A stretch of DNA of 64,000 bases. It comes from Candidatus Termititenax persephonae (GTDB taxonomy: Bacteria; Margulisbacteria; Termititenacia; Termititenacales; Termititenacaceae). The stretch covers positions 1,789 to 65,788 of the forward strand of contig BGZO01000003.1 in the NCBI GenBank assembly GCA_003864475.1, read 5' to 3'. Shown here piece by piece: positions 35,718 to 43,200 of the stretch. The position numbers were made by a program, and so were the translations under genes. Position 1 is the first letter of the stretch; every line of letters starts with the position of its first letter. The notes under the pieces are model-generated. The model worked only from the letters and a program-made list of their open reading frames with translations. It was not told the DNA's origin and did not search any database.

Positions 35718-36656
35718 ATGACTGGACAAAAAATATCTTTTGTTATTCCTTGTTATAACTCGGAGCATACGTTGGAGGCGGTAGTGGCCGATATTTTTAC
35801 GGCGATGCGCGGACACGGCTATGCCTTTGAGATTATTTTGGTTAATGATGCTTCCCAAGATAATGTTTGGCACAAGATTGAGGCCTTGGCCGCCCAGCAG
35901 GACAATATTATCGGTGTTTGTCTGGCGAAAAATTTTGGCGAAAATGCCGCGCTGATGGCGGGTTATGCGCAGGTCAGCGGCGATATTGTGATTTCGCTGG
36001 ACGATGACGGGCAAAATCCGCCGTCCGAGGCGTTCACTTTGCTTAATAAATTGAACGAAGGCTACGACGTAGTGTTTTCCGCTTATGCCAAGAAACAGCA
36101 TGGTATTTTCCGCAATATCGGCAGCCGGATTAATGATTTCATGGCGGAGATTTTGATAGGCAAGCCGCGTAATATTCAGGTCTACAGCTATAATGCCGCG
36201 CGCCGTTACATCATTGACGAGATTGTGAAATATAGCGGGCCGTATCCTTATATTACGGGCTTGTTTTTCCGCACGACCCGCAATGTGGCGAATGTAGTGG
36301 TCGAACATCGCAAACGCGCTCATGGCAAATCCGGCTATTCATTTGGTAAATTGGTTGGTCTCTGGCTGAACGGTTTTACAGCCTTTTCGGTCAAGCCTCT
36401 GCGCTTGGCTTCGCTCTTGGGCTTGCTTTTTTCTGCTTTGGGCGTTTTTTATATGGTTTTTTTGCTGTGGGAACGCCTGCACAATCCGCAAATGGTCATG
36501 GGCTACACTTCACTGATGGCGGTAATTATTTTTGTCGGCGGTGCGCTGATGGCAATGCTGGGACTTATCGGCGAGTATATCGGGCGGATTTATATTTCAA
36601 TCAATAACGCGCCGCAGTATGTTGTCAAGGCCATAAGCCGCCAGACAAATCAATAA
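35718..36656 (+). CDS. Polyprenyl-phosphate glycosyltransferase (ArnC/GtrB-like GT2 with two C-terminal TM helices)
   Basis: ISFVIPCYNSEHTL...IILVNDASQDN...LAKNFGENAALMAGY...ISLDDDGQNPP, then two C-terminal hydrophobic helices. Confidence 0.8.
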   Translation: MTGQKISFVIPCYNSEHTLEAVVADIFTAMRGHGYAFEIILVNDASQDNVWHKIEALAAQQDNIIGVCLAKNFGENAALMAGYAQVSGDIVISLDDDGQNPPSEAFTLLNKLNEGYDVVFSAYAKKQHGIFRNIGSRINDFMAEILIGKPRNIQVYSYNAARRYIIDEIVKYSGPYPYITGLFFRTTRNVANVVVEHRKRAHGKSGYSFGKLVGLWLNGFTAFSVKPLRLASLLGLLFSALGVFYMVFLLWERLHNPQMVMGYTSLMAVIIFVGGALMAMLGLIGEYIGRIYISINNAPQYVVKAISRQTNQ

Positions 36657-37793
36657 CGGTTCGATAGGAAAGCGGTAGACCAGCGACCCGGCAAAAACTA
36701 AGTGAATCGCGTTGAGCTGTACGATATAGAGCAGAGGATAGGTGAGCAGGACATAGTTTTTAGCTTGGCGAAAAATCCACAGCGTGTAAGCGGCGAGCAA
36801 GACCAGCGGCACGAAGCTACAGAAAATCACGGTGCTGGTCAGTGGATTGGTATATTGCGGGGCGCGCGGATACGGTCGCCAGAAGATATACATTTTTTTG
36901 ACTGCCAAGATTAAAACTTGCCGGGGATTTTCGCGGACAAATTTTTTCACTTCATCTTTGTACCAAGTCTGGCGTTTGTCCGGCGGCAGAGAGTTCATTA
37001 TCTTGTAGATTTCTTCCAGCGGCGGGGCCTCTTCGCCCCAAATGCCGCCGCCGGTCTTATTCAGAGGATTCAACCCGAGATAAAGGTTGTGGTCGGCATT
37101 GCCGCCCGTAAATGACCATTCGCCGCCGCGGCAATAATTATAAGTTCCCCAGCTCCCGATAAAACAAAGAACCAGCAGGCCAACCATGACGATTTTTGGC
37201 CAAGGAATTTTACGGAACAGAAAGAACGCGACTGCCAGCACAACATAAGGCAGAAACACCGTGCGCACCCAAGAGGTAAACCCAAACACCAGTCCCAGCA
37301 GGACGGCGGACGGCCAATCGCGTTTTTGGTCAAAAATTATGGAACAATAGATTGACAAAACCACCCAAAAAACAAACCAATGCTCCATGGACAACTGCGT
37401 CGCATAAAAAATCAGCCACGGATAAAATGCGCCAAGACCAGCCGCCCAGCGTCCTGCGGTCTCGGAGTTAAAAATCGCTGTTGTGATTTTGTACAAAAAA
37501 TAACAAAGCAAAAGCGCCACAACAGACTGGACTAATATTGACGGATAAATATAGCTGGTTTGACCGAAAATTTTAACTAAGGCCGCCAAGAATAAAATAA
37601 ACCCTGGCGGTTTGGCCATGCCGTAGCCTAGTCCTGCGGCCAAAGCCTCGGCGGTCGGAGCATACTGGCTGTGATAATCCGGTAATTGCTGATGCTGCCA
37701 ATACAGGCCTGCCAGGGCGCGCAAGAAAAAACCGCCGAGTAAAATAAACAGCCAATAATACTTATGATTTACCAATTGTTTGAAAAAATTCAT
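36597..37793 (-). CDS. GT-C fold membrane glycosyltransferase (PMT_2/ArnT-like)
   Basis: Multi-TM protein with the early loop ...GYGMAKPPGFILFLAAL. The internal start MNFFKQ (37793) is preferred. The 3' end overlaps the convergent GT2 gene by 60 nt. Confidence 0.55.
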   Translation of the reverse strand: MNFFKQLVNHKYYWLFILLGGFFLRALAGLYWQHQQLPDYHSQYAPTAEALAAGLGYGMAKPPGFILFLAALVKIFGQTSYIYPSILVQSVVALLLCYFLYKITTAIFNSETAGRWAAGLGAFYPWLIFYATQLSMEHWFVFWVVLSIYCSIIFDQKRDWPSAVLLGLVFGFTSWVRTVFLPYVVLAVAFFLFRKIPWPKIVMVGLLVLCFIGSWGTYNYCRGGEWSFTGGNADHNLYLGLNPLNKTGGGIWGEEAPPLEEIYKIMNSLPPDKRQTWYKDEVKKFVRENPRQVLILAVKKMYIFWRPYPRAPQYTNPLTSTVIFCSFVPLVLLAAYTLWIFRQAKNYVLLTYPLLYIVQLNAIHLVFAGSLVYRFPIEPLLICLAAYGLDNILRRVID

Positions 37794-37821
37794 GACCTTA
37801 AAACTATAGCATAAAACTAAC

Positions 37822-39120
37822 TTATTGGGGCAGAGCTGCGTCCTGTTCTGTAAAACCAAAATATTGCGCGGTATTTATAATCGCGCAGGCGGTTAATAAC
37901 GCAAAAAATGGTGCGCGAAAACGACTGTCGCCCATAATCGCACTTGTTGCCGCCAGATAAGCGCTCAAAAGAATAAGCGCAAGCTGTGCCAAGTGGAAAG
38001 TTTTCTGGTAATTAGCGATTAAGCTAAAAATAAAAATCAAGTAAACAAAAGCTAAATAAACCGCGTACAAGCCGGAAACAACATAGGCTAAAGTACTCGG
38101 CAAGATACTAAAAAGATAAGTCTGCGACGGGCCAAACAGCAGGACGAACAAACCACTGAAACTGCACCAAAGATAAGCGGGAAAGTTTGCCCGGATAAAG
38201 TTCCAGCCGTATTTTTTCTGTAAGACACTTAATTGCGCGGCGTTCAGGTTTGCGGCCTGCGGATATTGCCGGGTAAACAACTGGTCGTGGTAAGTCTGCG
38301 CCGCTTTTTCGTCTAGGCTACTTTGTGCCATCGTGATAATCGGCGCGTAATATTTTTGCATATTGTAATTGGCAATGGTCGAGAAAATAAAAACTCCCGA
38401 GTGTGTGTAATTACGGTATGACCAACCGCCGAACATGACGACAAAGCAAATTAAAAATAACAGCGGGCCGAACAAGGAAATCTTTCTGAAGCTGAAAAAT
38501 AAAAATAATAGAACAATAACCAACAGATTGAAGTACATTAAAATCGGGCGTGTCCAAAGCGCATAATTAAGCGCCAGACTAAAAAGCAGAAAGTCGCTGG
38601 GCCGCTGGCCTTGCGTGCAGAAGCGGATTAGAAAATAAAAAGCCAGAATCAAGCAAAATTCAAACAAAGTTTCGGGAGCGATATTCCAAGAGTGAATATA
38701 AGAGGTTAGATTGGGCAGCAAGGCCGCTCCGCCCAGTGCGGCAAGGCTAGGCGTTACGCGCAGCAGGATTAACGCGCGGTACAGCAAATACAATCCCCAC
38801 GCCGCCAATAAAATTTGTCCCAGCACAACGGCGGTATTATTTTGACCAAGCGCATAAATCGCCGCCAAGAATAACGGATAGCCGGGCGTGCGGTTGTAAT
38901 CCGGCGTAGCGCCGTCGATGCTGAAAAAAGCGTGCAACCGGAGGTTTTGTGCGGTTTGCACGTAATCAGCCGTGTCATGACTGATAATCGGTTGCCCGTG
39001 ATTTAGCGTAAAAAACAAAAGTACCGAGACGCAACAATAGGCCGCGCAAATATAATAAATCTTATTTTTATTGAGAAATTTGAGCATAAATTTATTTACT
39101 GCCAACGAAATTAAATTCAC
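37822..39120 (-). CDS. GT-C fold membrane glycosyltransferase (PMT_2/ArnT-like)
   Basis: A 432-aa multi-TM protein with the first loop HDTADYVQTAQNL...YNRTPGYPLFLAAIYAL. The start is GTG 39120 or the internal ATG 39087. Confidence 0.55.
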   Translation of the reverse strand: MNLISLAVNKFMLKFLNKNKIYYICAAYCCVSVLLFFTLNHGQPIISHDTADYVQTAQNLRLHAFFSIDGATPDYNRTPGYPLFLAAIYALGQNNTAVVLGQILLAAWGLYLLYRALILLRVTPSLAALGGAALLPNLTSYIHSWNIAPETLFEFCLILAFYFLIRFCTQGQRPSDFLLFSLALNYALWTRPILMYFNLLVIVLLFLFFSFRKISLFGPLLFLICFVVMFGGWSYRNYTHSGVFIFSTIANYNMQKYYAPIITMAQSSLDEKAAQTYHDQLFTRQYPQAANLNAAQLSVLQKKYGWNFIRANFPAYLWCSFSGLFVLLFGPSQTYLFSILPSTLAYVVSGLYAVYLAFVYLIFIFSLIANYQKTFHLAQLALILLSAYLAATSAIMGDSRFRAPFFALLTACAIINTAQYFGFTEQDAALPQ

Positions 39121-39234
39121 AGCTTGAACAAGTATATCAGAAAGATTTAGATTCGAGAATATGGACAGGGAATACCTTTAAGACCGTCGCGCAGGGGGAG
39201 AGTTGGCTGTTGCTGGCGTTTAGTTGGATGAGAA

Positions 39235-39975
39235 ATGTGTGTTATAATTTTTTACTTTAATGGGGGGAATATTTTGAAGCTCAGTGTCATCATACCGATT
39301 TACAATGAATACAATAATATTGACGCAGTTATTCAGGCTATCAAGGCAGTGGCTTTGCCGGAGCAGGTTGACGCGTTGGAATTGATTTTGGTGGACGATG
39401 GGTCGCATGATGGCACGGCACAAAAATTGGCAAGCTACAAAAATGATAAAATGATAATCGTCCATTCCTCGCGCTTTAATTTTGGCAAAGGCATGGCGAC
39501 ACGTATCGGCTTGACTTATGTAACTGGCGACATAGTTTTGATTCAGGATGCGGATTTGGAATACGACCCCAATGATTATCCTGTTCTGCTCAAGCCGATT
39601 ATTGAGGATAATGCCGCGATAGTTTACGGGTCGCGGTTTCTCAAAAAATCTCGGCCCCGCGGTATGGCTTTTCAGAATTGGCTGGCCAATCAATTGTTAA
39701 AAATTGCCGCCAATATTTTGTATGGGGCAAGGTTGACAGACGAAGCCACCGCCTACAAGATGTTTAAGACGGAAGCGATTAAGGCGCTCAATCTCAAAGC
39801 CAAGCGTTTTGAACTTTGCCCGGAACTGACGGCCAAGGCTTTGAAAAAAGGCTACAAAATCGTGGAAGTGCCTATTAACTACAAAGGACGCACGGTGGAA
39901 GAGGGCAAAAAGATAAAATGGCATGACGGTTTTGCGGCGATTTGGACCTTGTGCAAGTACCGATTTGTCGATTAA
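39235..39975 (+). CDS. Dpm1/PpgS-like GT2 (soluble; paralogue of the catalytic domain of 28752-29882)
   Basis: [16 protein letters not shown]...[12 protein letters not shown]...[13 protein letters not shown]...GSRF...[11 protein letters not shown]. The true start may be TTG 39274. Confidence 0.75.
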   Translation: MCVIIFYFNGGNILKLSVIIPIYNEYNNIDAVIQAIKAVALPEQVDALELILVDDGSHDGTAQKLASYKNDKMIIVHSSRFNFGKGMATRIGLTYVTGDIVLIQDADLEYDPNDYPVLLKPIIEDNAAIVYGSRFLKKSRPRGMAFQNWLANQLLKIAANILYGARLTDEATAYKMFKTEAIKALNLKAKRFELCPELTAKALKKGYKIVEVPINYKGRTVEEGKKIKWHDGFAAIWTLCKYRFVD

Positions 39976-40051
39976 GCGGAAACTGCCGCGCACCAGCGGG
40001 CGCGGCCAGACTAAACATCAGACTTTTTTTCTGCTAGAATATCCCGCGCAA

Positions 40052-40127
40052 GCCGAGATAGCTCAGCTGGTAGAGCAGCGCATTCGTAATGCGCGGGTCG
40101 CAGGTTCAATTCCTGTTCTCGGCTCCA
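40052..40127 (+). tRNA. tRNA-Thr (anticodon CGU), CCA encoded
   Basis: GCCGAGA-TA-GCTC-AGCTGGTA-GAGC-A-GCGCA-TTCGTAA-TGCGC-GGGTC-GCAGG-TTCAATT-CCTGT-TCTCGGC-T-CCA folds by hand into a cloverleaf. The anticodon loop is TT-CGT-AA. Confidence 0.9.
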
Positions 40128-40216
40128 GAAATTAAGATTTGGTGTAGATTTACGAAAAAATTATAAAGTTATAATTTTTCTACCCAATTATCTTAAAGAA
40201 AATACGAGGGAGTTAA

Positions 40217-43200
40217 ATGTCGATGAGAAAAAAATCAACCAAAACCAAACAACCTGCCAAAAACAAAAGAAAGCTGGGGGCAGTTATTTTAGGCGGTGTG
40301 GTTTTAGCGGCAGCTGTTTTCTTGGTTTACCATTGGTCAGGCCAATCCATTCCCACCCCGGCGGAAACGTCCGCCGCGGTTCACCTAAAAAGGACAACCA
40401 AAATCTTGGCAGTCAATGATACCCTGTCCAATCTGACCTCTAATTACAAATATCCCCAGCCCGTTGAGGTCAAGACAGTAAAGATTCCCTACCGCTTGGG
40501 CGGAGTAAAAATCACTTCCATAAATCCGAATGGCTTTTTGTTTACTGACACGCTGGCTTTTGTTTTCGCTAGGGACATTTTTGCCGCTGGCGAGGAAGTA
40601 TCCGCGGAAAAACTGATTTCTCTGCCGGGCTTGGACGGTGCCGAGCGGAGATTGAATGCCAATACCGTAAAGTATTTTATCGAAACGGATTTAAAGTACG
40701 GACAAACTTACCAGGGCAGGCTCACGTACGGCGGACAGAGTTTGGATTTTTCTTTTGTTAAGCCGTTGGTGATTGGGGCTTATTACCAAACTATTGAGCA
40801 GAAACCCCATTTTATAGTCAATGTTTTTTTGGGCGACCAAGGTCAAGATGAAAGTAAACATCCCCGGTTTGAGGAGATAAAAGAAATATTGGCAGAACAG
40901 CTTTACCTTGAGGCCGTCAAGGACAATAAAACTGTGCGGTCGAGCGTAACCGTTGAAAAATATAACTCCGGCAGATATTTGATTAAACCCAGCTTGGCTT
41001 TTTCTAAAAATGTTGCTTTAACTTTAAAGTCTTTTGAGAACGGCATCGTGAAGAACCGCAGTGGCGCTGCCTTAGCCGTGGAGAATGGTTATATAGCCCA
41101 AGACTTTACGCTGGAGAGCATATCTTCCGCCAATAGAATATTAGCTGCTATTGATTTTAATTTTTCCAAAAGAGTTACTTGGCCGGAGTTTATTCGGCAC
41201 CTGAAAATTACCCCTTGGCCGACCGGGCTGAATTTGGAAAAGTTATATGCCGATGATTATTATTATTCACGCTACGGCTCGACCACGATGACTCTGCCCA
41301 CCGACTTGTTCCAGCAGGGGGTAACTTATAATTTTCTGGTTTCCGCCGCCCTAGAAAACACCGACGCGGAAAAGTTAAACGAAGAGATTGAGTTTGCTTT
41401 GGTTCTGGCGGAAGCCGCCCCGCTGCTGGAGTTGGAGACGGGCATCAATGTTGTCGAGGCCGATTTTCCTTATTATTCTTTTAAGTCTAGGAATATCCAT
41501 GCCGTCAATGTTGCGGTGTTCGAGGCCGATAAAAATAAGATTGTCGAGGCGCTGCAGAGCAATCTGTTTAGCAGCACAGCTAAAGAAGCCCAGCCCCAGG
41601 CCAAGCTGTCTAAACTCGGCAAATTAACTGGCAATTATCGTGTTACCGGCAATCGGGACAATTACCTGTGGTATCATAAAATAGACTTGGCGCGGCCAGG
41701 AATATATTTTGCCGCGCTAACCCCGTCCCCGGAGGACTTGGCGCGGCTGGGCAGGATGTCCCCGCGCGCTCAGAGTACCATTATCAACGTAACTAATCTG
41801 GGTTTAGTCGTCAAAAAATCCCTGCAGAATATTGCCGTCTGGACGACGGAGCTTAGCAGCGGCCAGCCGGCGGCGGACGTGGTGCTGGCTTTTTATGACA
41901 GGCGCGGCAAAAAAATAGCTTCAGCCCAGACTAATGCGGACGGTTATTGCGCTATTCCCTTGGCCATCGCTAAATTAAAAGCGGACATTTATATTATCGC
42001 CAGCAAAGGCGACGACACTGCCATACTGGCCACCACCGCCAGCCAGTTTGACTCCAATTTGGAGGCTTGGGAATTTGGGATTAATCAGGTTGATTTTGAC
42101 ACTTTTTTGGCAGGGGATAACAAGCGTTATTTTGTCGTTTCCGACAGCCCGATTTATAAGCCGGGAGCGGAGATTAATTATAAACTCTATGTCCGTGAAT
42201 ACAATGAAAATAATCTGGCCTACAGCCGAGGCCAGGCCACGGTTGAGATTAGGGATGCGCAATGGGATATTGCTTACAAAAAAGAACTCCAGCTAAAAGA
42301 CGCTTCCAGCGCCGCGGACAGCTTTAGATTGAAGAGCAATGGTAAGCTGGGGGAATATACTATTGGGATAAGAACGCAGGACGATTATTTTTTAAGAGTC
42401 GGCAGTTTTGTGGTGGCGGATTACCGCGCCCCGAAAACTAAATTTAGAGTCAAACCGGAGCGCAGTTTTACCTATCCTAATGCCGTCGAAACTGTCGCTA
42501 TTTCCGCCGATTATTATTCCGGACAGCCCATCAAAAACGCTCCCATCACCTTAGCCTCCAAATATCATAACGGCAGTTATTACTATGGAGAATGGGACAG
42601 CCCTTATAATAATTATACGTTTTATCAGCCTGATTATTTTACTTCGCTGACCCGCCAAGAAAGCCTGAGTAGCGGCTCGACAGGCCGAACCGTTTGGCGG
42701 CAAAACATTCTTAATCAACAGTTAAAACACCCCATTGCCTTGAGCCTAGAATTCACTCTGCAGGACGGAGGCCTGAATGAAAAGATTTCACAATATCTTG
42801 ATTACACGATTTATCCCGCGGAGTTCAAAATCGGCATTAAACAAAAAGGCTTTAGCAATAAAATCAATGAGGTCAATGAATTTGATTTTATTACCTTGAG
42901 CCATGACGACAAATTAGTGTCAGAGCAAATCACCTATGCCATTTTTCTGGATAAAATTTACACCGTCCGGGAAAAAGGCGTGGGTAATTCTTTCGAATAT
43001 CTCAACAGTATCACGCCGGAAAAAGTGGCGGAAGGCGTGCTAACCACTTCCCTGCGTGATTCCGTAACCCTCAAAAAATCTTTGGCCAGAGCCGGGCATT
43101 ACTATATTCTCGCCAGGGGCGTGGACCGCAGCGGGCGCGTTACCACTACCAAGCTGGATTTTTATGTCAACAGCGGCGACTATAACTGGGGACGCTACAA

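Noticed and set aside
35571-36323. A 250-aa ORF on the minus strand, antisense to the ArnC-like GT2 gene.
   Set aside because: It is a shadow ORF opposite a gene with clear GT2 motifs. Its Arg/Ile-rich, low-complexity composition is typical of antisense frames in GC-richer DNA. The same reasoning applies to 58458-59414, 55608-56273, 50367-50903, 51129-51668, 61903-62427 and the alternative-frame ORF 29326-29877.
39985-40006. A GC-rich stem-loop (GCCGCGC-accagcgg-GCGCGGC) after the Dpm1-like gene, as an intrinsic terminator.
   Set aside because: The T-run lies ~17 nt downstream of the stem rather than directly adjacent, so it does not meet the usual intrinsic-terminator geometry. I left it uncalled.
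39976-40216. tRNA-Thr as the integration site (att) of the whole glycan locus as a genomic island.
   Set aside because: I found no integrase or recombinase gene in the window and noticed no direct repeat of the tRNA 3' half elsewhere by eye. The low-GC blocks are not adjacent to the tRNA. This cannot be fully excluded without a computed repeat search.
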